From Octopus bimaculoides (taxonomy: Eukaryota): a stretch of 64,000 bases of DNA. A model generated the notes under the pieces. It worked only from the letters and a program-made list of their open reading frames with translations, ran no database searches and was not told the DNA's origin. A program made the position numbers and the translations under genes. Below are positions 1 through 12,593 of the stretch, one piece after another. Every line of letters starts with the position of its first letter. The first letter of the stretch is position 1. Where the stretch lies: contig NC_068994.1 of assembly GCF_001194135.2 (NCBI RefSeq), forward strand, positions 40,778,238-40,842,237. Reading direction: 5' to 3'.

Positions 1-11
1 TACTTGTTTCT

Positions 12-296
12 GATGGTGATCATGTGATAACTCTGATGATAACAATGATGATGACAATGGTGGTAGTCGTGGTTGTGGTAGTGGTGGTGATGATAATGAT
101 GAGGGTAGTGACTATGATGATGCTGGTGACTATGCATACGCATACATGTATGTATGTATGTATGTATGTATGTATGTGTGTATGTAAGAGTGTATGTAAG
201 TATATATGTATGTATGTATGCATGTATGTGTGTGTGTGTGTGTATGTATGTATATATGTATACATATATAAACACACACACACACATGCACGCACG

Positions 297-328
<32 letters not shown>

Positions 329-330
329 TA
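12..330. repeat. Compound simple repeats: degenerate (GAT/GGT)n, then (TATG)n, (TG)n and (CA)n
   Basis: Directly visible; explains the four low-complexity ORFs at 20-487. Confidence 0.95.
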
Positions 331-1029
331 CGAAAAAAGACTGAGCAATGTAACAAATTATTTGTGCTAAATGTGACACACAATATCTTGTTTGAAAATA
401 CACAGTTTTATTATGCCTATTTTTTAATTTTTTTATTGCTTTAGTCAAAAGGAAGGTTCTGATGTTTCTCCGACCCATCCTACTCATATAAACAAGGAAT
501 TAATTAATATCATCACACATAAAATTCATTAACCTTTTTCATAACAAACCCACCTGAGACCACTTCTGGTTCTTTGATAATAAATCACTTACTTTCAAAT
601 GTTCATTTTTAAAGCGAAATTTATCCACTATAATTTAATATAAGATTATTTGTAGTTTGTTATTGAAAAAATTTACATATTTTTACTAAATTCCTGCAAA
701 ATATTTGTTAATCAAAAAGTTAATTGAAATACATAAGCAGTAGTGTAATTTTGCTAACGATGTACTCACAGAATGGTTGATATACATTTTTTTTTTCCAG
801 AACTTACACCAAATAATTCTGTTATTTACAATGTGAGGTAGTGATTCTGAGATGAGTTGATATGAATTTTTAAAATTACAATTTAAGGCTTTAGAAAATT
901 TACATTATATTATTAATGCTGACAAGTTTGTGTGGTTAAAAGGTTCACTTACCAACTATATGGTTTTAAGTTCAGTCTCAAAAGAAGACATGGGATGAAG
1001 TACTGAAGGATGATTTCAGGGCAGTGAAC

Positions 1030-1402
1030 CTTACGAAAGAGATGACAAAGGACTGAAGTATCTAGCACCCTTGCTGTACTCAAGAAAACCCGTCCTCCAT
1101 AGCAGAAGTATTAATGCCATTACCCCTGATGAGGAGGATTGGTCTGCAAAGAACCTTGTGCATGTGAAAAGCATGCAAAAAGCACTCATGGCAGCACCAT
1201 GTGAAAGTGCTTGTGCAAGAGTCACATTAAAAGCACCCAGTACACATTGTAAAGTGGTTGGCATTAGGAATGGCATCCAGCCATAGAAACCAAACTAAAT
1301 CAGATTGGGAACCCGGTGCAACTCTTTGGCTTGCCGGCTCTGGTCAGACCATCTAGCCTGTGCTAGTGTGGACATTAAAGGATGATGATGATGATGATGA
1401 CA

Positions 1403-1439
<37 letters not shown>

Positions 1440-1510
1440 CGACGATGACGACGACGACGACGATGACGACGATGATGATGATGATGATGATGATGGTGAT
1501 GATGACGATA
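1030..1510 (+). mobile_element. Degenerate 3' tail module of an RTE-type LINE (or derived non-autonomous element) with (GAT/GAC)n tail
   Basis: aaaagcaccc..tacac..tgtaaagtggttggcattaggaatggcatccagccatagaaac..gacattaaag+(GAT)n matches the tail 3' of the RTE fragment at 4683-4917. Confidence 0.7.
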
Positions 1511-1865
1511 ATGCCAATCCAAAGCAGTGGATTGTTTTTGAATTTTTCTTAAGGCTAAGACTCATAAAATAGGTTGTCTGGTTTCAGTGGCACATATGTG
1601 ACCGAAATCACAACATACCTCTTAAACGGGATGCCAGTCTGTTGCAAGGTTCAATACCAACAGTTTTGATGGAAGGAGACAATTCAGTTACATCAATTCC
1701 AGTACTTGTTCTTGTCCTTAGGTGGGATTTGAACTCAGAACATAAAAAGTCAAAACAAATGTTGCTAAGCATTTTGTCCAATGCACTAACTATTCTGCCA
1801 AGTTACCATTTCAAAGTAATGGATTGGAGGAACCATATGAATATCAGACTGAGGGACAGTGACAT

Positions 1866-1902
<37 letters not shown>

Positions 1903-1909
1903 AACATAT

Positions 1910-2067
1910 GATAGGCTTCTTTCAGTTTCCATCTACCAGATCTCCTCACAAAGCTTTGGTCAGCCTAAGGCTATAGTATAAGACACTTGCTTAAGGTACC
2001 ACACAGTGGAACTGAACCTAGAACCATGTGCTTGGGAAACATTCTTCTTACCACACAGCCATGCCTG
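1910..2067 (-). mobile_element. tRNA-derived CORE-type SINE (OR-like), 5' half
   Basis: Reverse complement has an A-box-like TGGCTGTGTGG, a B-box-like GGTTCAGTTCC and a CORE-like ccttaagcaagtgtctt; many copies in the window. Confidence 0.8.
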
Positions 2068-2156
2068 TGAAATGATATTCTTTATGTCTTAAGACCAAAA
2101 TAATTGCCAAAAAATTAATTTGTAAAATTAAAATTTTAATATTTTCCTCAATACAG

Positions 2157-2291
2157 ATGTGTCCCAGCGACTCATCTACACTTGCAAACTACACCTGGCC
2201 CTGAAAGGATGGCTCACCCCTCATCTACCTGGTCTACTAGAAACAGCAACTAAATCACCAGATGATAGTCTAGAGTTTTATACAATGAATG
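2157..2291 (+). CDS. Candidate internal coding exon (phase 1-1, 135 nt) of an unidentified gene: xVSQRLIYTCKLHLALKGWLTPHLPGLLETATKSPDDSLEFYTMN
   Basis: Acceptor attttcctcaatacag, donor G|GTATAT, length a multiple of 3, frame fully open, non-repetitive and GC-richer than the flanks. Protein not recognised. Confidence 0.5.
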
Positions 2292-2475
2292 GTATATTGG
2301 ATAATGGTAGTCTTTGATACCCAAAAACAAAAAAATAAAATCAACAAAAAAAAAAAAAGAATGCACAAAAGCAAAAATGACGATGGTTACAGCAGGAATG
2401 CCTTTGATCAAAGGTCTGCTCACCAATGTTGACCTAGAGCTAAATGACATCAACAATCACCACCACCAACACTTC

Positions 2476-2515
<40 letters not shown>

Positions 2516-2945
2516 GCAACAACAACAAGACGTATTTCATTAGAAGAATGTACACAAGCACATTATATGTGAATAAAGGATGGGAAGCATATGGCTGTAA
2601 AAGTCTTTGATCATGGGTTTGCTTGATCAATGCTGACTCGGGGCTAAACAACTAAAATAAATAAATAAAATAAGATAAAATAAGATAAAATAAAAGAAAA
2701 CTAGAAGACTGAAGCATTGTAAAGCAAAGTGAAAGTTTGACATATTTGAACTGAGTTTAAACTACTGTTAATTGTGATACCTTTTGATCAAGCACAATAT
2801 CAAATTTGAAACAAGGCCAAAGTTCACTGAATCTGTAATATTATGTGTGTGCTCAAATATTACATGTACCTACTTTATCAATTTTTCTATAGCTGTGTTG
2901 AAGACATATATGGATAATCATAATAATAATAATAATAATAATAAT

Positions 2946-3088
2946 TCTCTAGAGCAACACTATGTACAAATCGAAATACATGGTACCCTAGGCATAACAC
3001 CTACATGAACTTCTAACTTGTTGTCTCTTGAGGTCTCTGGGTGAGACTTGGATCCAACTTGTACAAAAGCAAAGCAAAAGTCAAACAT
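2946..3088 (+). mobile_element. Highly degenerate 3' end of an R4/Dong-like non-LTR retrotransposon
   Basis: Flanked by (TAA)n on both sides; tgaggtctctg..gacttg motif shared with the 3' UTR of the 3351-3614 copy; coding remnant weak. Confidence 0.45.
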
Positions 3089-3105
3089 AAAATAATAATA
3101 ATAAT

Positions 3106-3303
3106 ACTTTCTACTGGAGGCACTGGGAAGGGATTAGTCTAATACATCAATATCAGTGTTTCACTGGTACTTGATTTATTGACCCCGAAAAGATGAAAGG
3201 CAAAGTGGACCTCGGCAGAATTTGAACTCAGAACATAGCAATGGGCGAAATACTGCTATGCATTTCATCCAGCATGTTAACAATTCTGTCAGCTCACCGC
3301 CTT
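3106..3303 (-). mobile_element. tRNA-derived SINE family A (central CTTTGCCTTTCATCCTTTCGGGGTCGATAAA-type motif, (ATT)n tail)
   Basis: B-box-like GAGTTCAAATTC and the central motif on the minus strand; a further partial copy lies at about 3883-3990. Confidence 0.8.
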
Positions 3304-3304
3304 A

Positions 3305-3350
<46 letters not shown>

Positions 3351-3351
<1 letters not shown>

Positions 3352-3614
3352 GCTACGAGAGTCAAACATAAAGGTTGTTCCTGTTGTCATCAGAGCATTG
3401 GGTTCAATACCACCCAGACTGAAGAAACATCTGGAAACTTTAGAAATACCCTACAATCTAGGTGTATTGCAAAAATCAGCATTGCTTGGAACTGTGTTCA
3501 TAAGTATTGTCTGCCTGAGGTCTCTGTAGTGACTTGACAGACAGTACAAACCCCTGGTAGACACACTATCTTCAATCAACAACATCACAACATTGGATAC
3601 TGAAGCAACATCTT
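3351..3614 (+). mobile_element. 5'-truncated 3' end of an R4/Dong-like (REL endonuclease) non-LTR retrotransposon
   Basis: One frame reads KVVPVVIRALGSIPPRLKKHLETLEIPYNLGVLQKSALLGT, the typical REL C-terminus (PVVIGALG...LQKxALLGT); flanked by (TAA)n. Confidence 0.75.
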
Positions 3615-3647
3615 AAATAATAATAATAATAATATTAATAATAATAA

Positions 3648-3870
3648 TGGAAAGTTTGGGTAAAATTTATCCCTGCAGTTATAGATGCATTAGAAACTAA
3701 CCCCATAGATTTGAACAGATGGATAGGGGAAATAGGCATAAAACCCAGTTTAGTATAACTCCAGAAAATAGTGTTATAAGGGACAGCTTAGATACTTAGG
3801 AGGGTTCTTGTGGTAGCCCAATGTTTGGAATTTTTCTTTTCCAACAGTCTAATCTGTTGAGTATATATGA
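3648..3870 (+). mobile_element. Second, divergent R4/Dong-like 3' end
   Basis: One frame reads WKVWVKFIPAVIDALETNPIDLNRWIGEIGIKPSLV*LQKIVL*GTA*ILRRVL; (TAA)n on both sides. Confidence 0.75.
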
Positions 3871-4049
3871 AATAATAATAATGGTAATTCTTTCTGCTAT
3901 AGGCACAAGGCCTGAAATTTTTGGGGAAAGGGCTAGTTGATTACATCAACCCCAGTGTGTAATTGGTAATTATTTCATTGGCCCCAAAAAGTGTTGCTTC
4001 ATCTTAACCAGTTGAACATGTTCCTTAGTGGTTAATGATATTTTCATTC

Positions 4050-4388
4050 TTACCCCTGCTGGCGACAAAGGGACTCTCACTCAGAGTAAAAGGCAGACTG
4101 TATGACGCATGCGTACGAACAACCATGCTACATGGCAGTGAAACATGGGCTGTAACTGCTGAGGACATACGTAAGCTCGCAAGGAATGAAGCCAGTATGC
4201 TCCGTTGGATGTGTAATGTCAATGTGAATACCCGTCAGAGTGTAAGTATCTTGAGAGAAAAGCTGAACATTAGAAGCATCAGTTGTGGCGTGCAAGAGAG
4301 ACGATTGCGCTGGTATGGACATGTGGTGAGAATGGAGGAGGATAGCTGCGTGAAAAAGTGCCACACCCTAACAGTTGAGGGAACCCGT
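4050..4388 (+). mobile_element. RTE-clade LINE ORF fragment (region C-terminal to RT), truncated by a gap
   Basis: KGRLYDACVRTTMLHGSETW...RRLRWYGHVVRM...VEGTR matches the RTE YGSETW and LRWFGHVxRM motifs. Confidence 0.9.
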
Positions 4389-4682
4389 NNNNNNNNNNNN
4401 NNNNNNNNNNNNNNNNNNNNNNNNNNNNNNNNNNNNNNNNNNNNNNNNNNNNNNNNNNNNNNNNNNNNNNNNNNNNNNNNNNNNNNNNNNNNNNNNNNNN
4501 NNNNNNNNNNNNNNNNNNNNNNNNNNNNNNNNNNNNNNNNNNNNNNNNNNNNNNNNNNNNNNNNNNNNNNNNNNNNNNNNNNNNNNNNNNNNNNNNNNNN
4601 NNNNNNNNNNNNNNNNNNNNNNNNNNNNNNNNNNNNNNNNNNNNNNNNNNNNNNNNNNNNNNNNNNNNNNNNNNNNNNNNNN

Positions 4683-4917
4683 CGGGTGGCACATAAAAGA
4701 CACCATTTCAAGCGTGGCCGTTTTCGTGCGGGTGACACGTAAAAGCACCCACTACACTCTCTGAGTGGTTGGCGTTAGGAAGGGCATCCAGCTGTAGAAA
4801 CTCTGCCAAATCAGACTGGAGCCTGGTGTTGCCATCCGGTTTCACCAGTCCTCAGTCAAATCGTCCAACCCATGCTAGCATGGAAAGCGGACGTTAAACG
4901 ATGATGATGATGATGAT
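4683..4917 (+). mobile_element. RTE LINE 3' UTR with (GAT)n tail
   Basis: Follows the RTE ORF across the gap, ends ggacgttaaacgatgatgatgat; at least five further copies in the window. Confidence 0.8.
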
Positions 4918-6140
4918 CTCTGATCATGAGCAGGAGTAGTGAAGGAGCATCACTGCTACATGTTGGGAAGGGATTTTTATGCAATTTGAATAAATCACCC
5001 TTGGAAACATGAGTGTTTCATTCATCATCTTTAAGCAACTCCTATTCAGGGACCTTTTGAATGGGATGGGCTATCGCAGAGAGAAGAAAGACAACCTTCC
5101 AGTCTTTTTGCTAATCACAAAATATTACTTGTTTATTTGATTCTCAGTTTCTGTAAATCTTCCAGTATGTTACATCTTATTATTCTTTGTTTTCTTTATT
5201 CATCTAATTGTTCTCACTTGCTCAGTAAATATTTCTTTCATTATTTTATCAGTCTCATGCTCTACCTTTCAAACAAACAAAAATGTTTTCCATCTTCCAC
5301 ATGGTCGTTCAGTATGCCAGAAATAGCAGCAATCGTGTGGGAATATTCTAAGGAGCATATCAAACCAAACAACCATACAAACAAAATTCACCCATAATTT
5401 ATTTTCTCTTTTTCAAATTATGCCAGTTTAGTGATTTCAGATCATGTCACCTCTACCTCATACACCTGACCTCCTGGTAACTAGAAATGACATTCAGATT
5501 GTCAGAATATAGGAAGAAATCGATTTCAAATTACTCCCAGGGGTAATATGGAAGTGATTTCATCTAACCTTCTATGATTTTAGATTATCTCCCCAAATCC
5601 TGCCTGAAATGTTCATTGCCTTGGTGGCAAATCAAAATATTTCCTCTGTATGTGTATACATTAGATACACATGTAAATCACAGAGAAAGAGTATTGGGTG
5701 ACTGCTTAGTTTATTCAAGCTGAAAAAAATCTCATTTAAAGTGTATGAATATATTTTTTGCATAATAAATGTGTAAGAATATATTTTTTTATATATATAA
5801 ATATATTTTGTTTGCATTTAAAATGTATGTGTATTTATATTTTGTTTTGAATAATATATATTTTGATCACTGGCAAAAAAGAAAGTACTGTGCTTATAAA
5901 CCCTCTTATCCAAATAAGTTTGTTATTAAAAAAACAAAAAAATGTTTTTATGTAAAAATAGCAGACTCGAAATCTCTGATGTTCAAAGTGTTTCTTTTAA
6001 AGGCTTCATAAAAATGTTAGGGGATGTAGTGGAAAAAAAAAAAAATCATATCGTAAAACTTACTGTTGGTTCTAAAGCATGTGATTGTATAACATTTCTT
6101 TTCTACTGATATTTATATTTTCTACTGATATTTATATTTA

Positions 6141-7073
6141 CTAGCAGTATAACCCGGCGCTGCTCGGGATTAAGCTAGGATTATTAAATGATTAAGTCCT
6201 TTATTTCAAACCAAAATAAGTAACATCGACATCAGATTTGAGCGAAATCCGTTGAAATTGGTTTGGCTGAAAATGGTTTGCTGGCAATTTGATTGGGAAA
6301 TCCCATAAGGAATCAGTTTATTGGTTATTTTCACTTATTGACTCTTTTTTTAAATGTTGCATTAGAGATCTGCATAGGAGAAGGTTGATCTGAAGGTTTG
6401 CATTGGGGATCTGGATTGGAGTAACTTAGGAAAGCTTACCAACAACCTTAACCAAAAAATAAGGAGCCTGTCCCTTCTATGTTAACTGTAACCCTAACCC
6501 TAAACCCTAACCCTAACTCTGACCCTAAAACCGTAACCCTAACCCTAATCCTAATCNNNNNNNNNNNNNNNNNNNNNNNNNNNNNNNNNNNNNNNNNNNN
6601 NNNNNNNNNNNNNNNNNNNNNNNNNNNNNNNNNNNNNNNNNTAGCCGCTTTGTCTCCCTCTTCCACTTATTCATTTTTTTTTTTTAGACGCTTGGCAAAC
6701 ACTCTGTTTCTCCCCTTGTCACAAACACACTATTTCTTTCTTTCTCTCTTTTTTCTTTCTCTCTCTCTTTCTTTCTCTCTCTTTCTTTCTCCCTCTCTTT
6801 CTTTCTTTCTCTCTCTCTTGCTCTCTCTCTCCTTCACGCGCGTACGCACAGATTTGACTTCGCCATGTCAACAAACTTCAAAATTGGTAAAAGTTTATCG
6901 ATTTTTACAGCTTATACGCGGGTGCCTCTGTGAGAAAGAGTTGACAAAAACACAGCTAGGGTCATGAACAATGTCCTCCTAAAATTGGAGCGACATGCGT
7001 GCTAATTTGTGGACGTGCATAACCCACATCACGTACACACACATACAAACATCTTGTGTTTTATAGATATTGA
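6141..7073 (-). mobile_element. Non-autonomous Helitron-type element
   Basis: Minus-strand 3' end CCCGAGCAGCGCCGGG hairpin + TTATACTG + CTAG|T; 5' A|TC at about 7067-7073. Contains a gap. Confidence 0.7.
6485..6556 (-). repeat. Interstitial telomeric-type (TTAGGG)n degenerate array, running into a gap
   Basis: taaccctaaccctaaaccctaaccctaactctgaccctaaaaccgtaaccctaaccctaatcctaatc. Confidence 0.85.
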
Positions 7074-8171
7074 TACAACTTCGATTAATAACCTATATAA
7101 ATACGCAACTACAGATGCACAGAGATGAGAAATGATACTTTTGTTCATTTTTGTTCATCACATGAACTATGGTAACACAAACAGTGGAGGTTTCAGCAAA
7201 GGAATTAAGTATTGGAAGTGTAAGGCATAAAAAAAAGGCTTTCTCACAGTGAAAGACTGGCGGTGAATTAAAATTAATCATTTAGTTTGAAATGATACAT
7301 AAAAACCACATTTTGTTAAAAATATATTAAAATTAGAATTTTAAAAACTTTTCTAGACATTGGAGACTTTATTAATTGTTTTCTTTTAGTAAAAGTAACA
7401 TATTTTCAACTAATCAGCAATCAGCTATATATATATATATATATATATATNNNNNNNNNNNNNNNNNNNNNNNNNNNNNNNNNNNNNNNNNNNNNNNNNN
7501 NNNNNNNNNNNNNNNNNNNNNNNNNNNNNNNNNNNNNNNNNNNNNNNNNNNNNNNNNNNNNNNNNNNNNNNNNNNNNNNNNNNNNNNNNNNNNNNNNNNN
7601 NNNNNNNNNNNNNNNNNNNNNNNNNNNNNNNNNNNNNNNNNNNNNNNNNNNNNNNNNNNNNNNNNNNNNNNNNNNNNNNNNNNNNNNNNNNNNNNNNNNN
7701 NNNNNNNNNNNNNNNNNNNNNNNNNNNNNNNNNNNNNNNNNNNNNNNNNNNNNNNNNNNNNNNNNNNNNNNNNNNNNNNNNNNNNNNNNNNNNNNNNNNN
7801 NNNNNNNNNNNNNNNNNNNNNNNNNNNNNNNNNNNNNNNNNNNNNNNNNNNNNNNNNNNNNNNNNNNNNNNNNNNNNNNNNNNNNNNNNNNNNNNNNNNN
7901 NNNNNNNNNNNNNNNNNNNNNNNNNNNNNNNNNNNNNNNNNNNNNNNNNNNNNNNNNNNNNNNNNNNNNNNNNNNNNNNNNNNNNNNNNNNNNNNNNNNN
8001 NNNNNNNNNNNNNNNNNNNNNNNNNNNNNNNNNNNNNNNNNNNNNNNNNNNNNNNNNNNNNNNNNNNNNNNNNNNNNNNNNNNNNNNNNNNNNNNNNNNN
8101 NNNNNNNNNNNNNNNNNATTTATAAATTTATAATTAGTTATTAATCATAATTGAGGGTACACAAAGTTTTT

Positions 8172-8308
8172 CTCAACCAAATCCACTCACAAGGCTTTGG
8201 TCAGTCCAAGGCTATTGTAGAAGACACTTGTCCAAGGTGCAAAGCACTGAGACTGAACCCAGAACCATGTGGTTGGAAAGCTAACTTCTTACCGCTCACC
8301 CATGCCTG
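8172..8308 (-). mobile_element. CORE-type SINE 5' half
   Basis: aaatccactcacaaggctttggtc..aagacacttgtccaagg..gactgaacccagaaccatgtggttgg. Confidence 0.8.
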
Positions 8309-10453
8309 CGTGAATGCCACCGGAACTTTTATTCCTAAAATACACGGATACAAGCTCCAAATCCTTGATCCCTTTAACCATTTTATTACTGTTCATGTGG
8401 CTGCAGTAGTGGTAGAAATAATTAAGGGAAGGATGGACTAAAATAAAAGAGTGATTGAACTAGTAATTAGTTAAGGGCAAATTATTGCTGTTGCTGTTGG
8501 TGTTGGTGATGTTGCGACTGTTGCTGTTGATGGTAGTTTTGTTGTTGCCTCACCTTTGCTCAGTCTTTATCAAACAAACCTTTCATCAGAGCATTCCAGA
8601 AATACCAATCTTATCCATTGTATTTTTTTTTTAGGTATCTATGTATGTGTCCATTCATAGTTTTTCTTTAAGGTCATAGTTGTGAATTGAGGGAGATTTC
8701 ACTGCTATTTCTAGCAGTGTAACGAACTCCTTCTTGTCTCCTGCACTTGTTATTGCCTCAGACTTTTAAGGTGTTGGGGAAAATAATCTAAACACGCATG
8801 GAATGAATCAAATTTGATTTTCGAAAATGTTTTGAAATGATGATAAATTACCATTTTTCACTACCCTGCCACACTCTGTCATTGTCATTTTGTCTCTCCC
8901 TCTACTTCCTCTCTTTCCAACCTTCTCTTCCTTTACCCTCTCATTTTCTTTCCTCTTCCCCTTCCTCCTTCTTTTTCTCCTTCTCTCTATCTCTTTCTCC
9001 GTCTCTCTTGTCTCTCAGTCTCACAGACATTCAGACGCACACATACATTTAGAAATGTATCTTTCTGAGTGTAATTAGACAAATTATATATATATATATA
9101 CTCATTACATGTGATTATGTTTATATATGTCTGTAAGTGTATATATNNNNNNNNNNNNNNNNNNNNNNNNNNNNNNNNNNNNNNNNNNNNNNNNNNNNNN
9201 NNNNNNNNNNNNNNNNNNNNNNNNNNNNNNNNNNNNNNNNNNNNNNNNNNNNNNNNNNNNNNNNNNNNNNNNNNNNNNNNNNNNNNNNNNNNNNNNNNNN
9301 NNNNNNNNNNNNNNNNNNNNNNNNNNNNNNNNNNNNNNNNNNNNNNNNNNNNNNNNNNNNNNNNNNNNNNNNNNNNNNNNNNNNNNNNNNNNNNNNNNNN
9401 NNNNNNNNNNNNNNNNNNNNNNNNNNNNNNNNNNNNNNNNNNNNNNNNNNNNNNNNNNNNNNNNNNNNNNNNNNNNNNNNNNNNNNNNNNNNNNNNNNNN
9501 NNNNNNNNNNNNNNNNNNNNNNNNNNNNNNNNNNNNNNNNNNNNNNNNNNNNNNNNNNNNNNNNNNNNNNNNNNNNNNNNNNNNNNNNNNNNNNNNNNNN
9601 NNNNNNNNNNNNNNNNNNNNNNNNNNNNNNNNNNNNNNNNNNNNNNNNNNNNNNNNNNNNNNNNNNNNNNNNNNNNNNNNNNNNNNNNNNNNNNNNNNNN
9701 NNNNNNNNNNNNNNNNNNNNNNNNNNNNNNNNNNNNNNNNNNNNNNNNNNNNNNNNNNNNNNNNNNNNNNNNNNNNNNNNNNNNNNNNNNNNNNNNNNNN
9801 NNNNNNNNNNNNNNNNNNNNNNNNNNNNNNNNNNNNNNNNNNNNNNNNNNNNNNNNNNNNNNNNNNNNNNNNNNNNNNNNNNNNNNNNNNNNNNNNNNNN
9901 NNNNNNNNNNNNNNNNNNNNNNNNNNNNNNNNNNNNNNNNNNNNNNNNNNNNNNNNNNNNNNNNNNNNNNNNNNNNNNNNNNNNNNNAGTATGTATGCAC
10001 AAGAAATACATCATACGCATATACACATTAATACGTTAATATAAGGAAAACTCAAACACGCATGCGTGCACACACACACACACTCCACACAAACACTCAT
10101 GCAAACATTTACAAATATATATATTTAATCCCCAACAGATATACATATACAAGCACAGAGATATAAACATGAAAATTCACACACAGACATACACACACAA
10201 TTATATATGAACATATATACAACGCACCTATATAAGATAATGCATACACACAGACAAATTCAGCGATCGACAATTGCACACACACACACTTACAGAAGAA
10301 ACACTTTGCCACTGTTAAAGGGGTTTGTGTTACAAAGAGTCAAATAGTTGCTGCAGTTATGTGTCACAGCAGTCTGTGTCTGAAGAGAAAGCTTATTCCC
10401 CCCCCCCTTTCAGTATTTCTAGTAATTTCTTCATGCTAAGCTGCACAGGAGTT

Positions 10454-10484
<31 letters not shown>

Positions 10485-11084
10485 CTCTTTCTTTCTCTCT
10501 TTCTTTCTTTCTTTCTTTCTTTCTCTCTTTGTTTCTTTCTCTCTTTCTTTCTTTGTTTGTTTCTTTCTTTCTTTCTTCGTTCCTCTCTTTCTTTCTCTTC
10601 CTTCCTTCTTACCTTCCTTCCTTCCTTCCTTCCTACCTTTGTTTCTTCCTTCCTTCCCNNNNNNNNNNNNNNNNNNNNNNNNNNNNNNNNNNNNNNNNNN
10701 NNNNNNNNNNNNNNNNNNNNNNNNNNNNNNNNNNNNNNNNNNNNNNNNNNNNNNNNNNNNNNNNNNNNNNNNNNNNNNNNNNNNNNNNNNNNNNNNNNNN
10801 NNNNNNNNNNNNNNNNNNNNNNNNNNNNNNNNNNNNNNNNNNNNNNNNNNNNNNNNNNNNNNNNNNNNNNNNNNNNNNNNNNNNNNNNNNNNNNNNNNNN
10901 NNNNNNNNNNNNNNNNNNNNNNNNNNNNNNNNNNNNNNNNNNNNNNNNNNNNNNNNNNNNNNNNNNNNNNNNNNNNNNNNNNNNNNNNNNNNNNNNNNNN
11001 NNNNNNNNNNNNNNNNNNNNNNNNNNNNNNNNNNNNNNNNNNNNNNNNNNNNNNNNNNNNNNNNNNNNNNNNNNTCTCTCTCCT

Positions 11085-11260
11085 TTGCCTGAAAACCACC
11101 CATGCTGGCCCCATGTGAAAAACCCTCCGTACACTCTGTAAAGTGGTTGTCAGTATGAAGGGTATCCAGCCATAGAAACCAAACCAAAACAGCTGACTGG
11201 GGCCTGGTACAGCCCTCCAGCCTTGCCAGCATGGAAAACAGACATTAAATGATGATGATC
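11085..11260 (+). mobile_element. RTE-type tail copy with (GAT)n
   Basis: tacactctgtaaagtggttgtcagtatgaagggtatccagccatagaaac..gacattaaatgatgatgat. Confidence 0.7.
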
Positions 11261-11320
11261 AAGATCACACACACACACACACACACACACAAACAAGTAC
11301 ATATACATATGCATATATAG

Positions 11321-11502
11321 GTGCAGGCGTGACTGTGTAGTAAGAAGCTTGCTTCCCAACCACATGGTTCTGGGTTCAGTCCCACAACTTGGCACGTTGG
11401 CCAAGTGTCTTCTACAATAGATCTGGGCCAACCAAAGCCTTGTGAGCGGATTTGGTAGACAGAAATTGAAAGAAGCCAGTTACATATGTATATGTATGTG
11501 TA

Positions 11503-11535
<33 letters not shown>

Positions 11536-11750
11536 CTTTTTGTTTGTCCACGCTACATTGCTTGACAACTGATGCTGGTACATTTACATCCCTGTAACTT
11601 AGCAGTTCAGCAAAAGAGGCCAAAAGAATAAGTACTAGGCATACAAAGAATAAGTTTTGGAGTCGATTTCTTCAACTACAAAAAAACCCTTTGAAGGCAG
11701 TGCTCCAGCAAGGCCACAGTAAAATGACTGAAACAAGTAAAAGAAATAAA
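11321..11750 (+). mobile_element. Full-length bipartite CORE-type SINE with internal (TATG)/(TG)n microsatellite
   Basis: tRNA head + CORE-like segment, microsatellite, then the conserved 3' half ending atgactgaaacaagtaaaagaa. Confidence 0.85.
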
Positions 11751-12114
11751 AAAGTACATGGGTATGACTATAAGCAGCATCTGGTGCAGGGGTCCCTGGG
11801 TTTTGAGGAGTGTGGAATTACCTCTCAATTATTATTTGCTTCTAGGTCTATACTGACCCAAAGTAATAGCACCTTTCAGGGTCCTGGCTATAGGTTAACA
11901 TGCCTGATTATATGAAAGGTTATGATTTTACTTAGCTGGGCATGTCTTCTCAAGCATAGCAAACTGCGAGAAGTCTTGGTCCCTTGTCATCTCCTCTATG
12001 AGGCCCAGCGTCTGAAAATCCTTTTTTATCACCATGTACCATGTCTTCCTAAGTCTATCCCTTCCACAGGTTCCCTCCACAATTAGAGTGTAAAATAAAA
12101 AAAATTATATTGAT

Positions 12115-12335
12115 AAAACTTGTCTCCAGATTGTTATGGCTGTCCCCCAAAGATAACAATATCACAGTCAAAGAACTCAATAAAAATACAGAAGTACAAT
12201 AACCTAGGTATGGAAATTGCCAAAATGTGGAAGATGACATCCACTATAGTATGTTTGCATTGGGACTGTGAAAGGAGCACAAAAATTTCATTGACATGAT
12301 TATCAGGAAAACCATGCTTAAAGATCATAAAATAT
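12115..12335 (+). mobile_element. Frameshifted REL-endonuclease (R4/Dong-like) fragment
   Basis: Joining frames gives CLQIVMAVPQ/DNNITVKELNK/IQKYNNLGMEIAKMWKMT...ALG, the D-x-A-V-P...K-x-x-K-Y REL motif region. Confidence 0.65.
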
Positions 12336-12593
12336 ATCTGCCAACTAAATGTGGCAGTTCCATAGAGGACGATGTTACTGTTGTTTTTAGCCCCAGGAAG
12401 ACATCTCCTCCAGCTGGCTAAGGACACATTGTGTCCGATTGGTATTTGCAAGGGGAGGTCATCGCTCCCATCTCTGTCCTTACGTGATACACACACACTC
12501 AGGTTTCTGGGTAGTTACCTGTCTTCAGTGTGTAATAATCACTAGCTAGTGATGCAAACTCATTCCACTCACAAAATACTATGCTTTTTTCAG

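Noticed and set aside
554-846. Exon candidates: minus 554-627 (DKFRFKNEHLKVSDLLSKNQKWSQ) with about 808-846, or plus 801-837 (LTPNNSVIYNV)
   Set aside because: Overlapping, mutually exclusive readings on opposite strands; very short; no recognisable homology; the plus reading cannot join the open frame of the 2157 exon.
6485-6556. True chromosome end
   Set aside because: Short, degenerate and internal, flanked on both sides by Helitron-like sequence.
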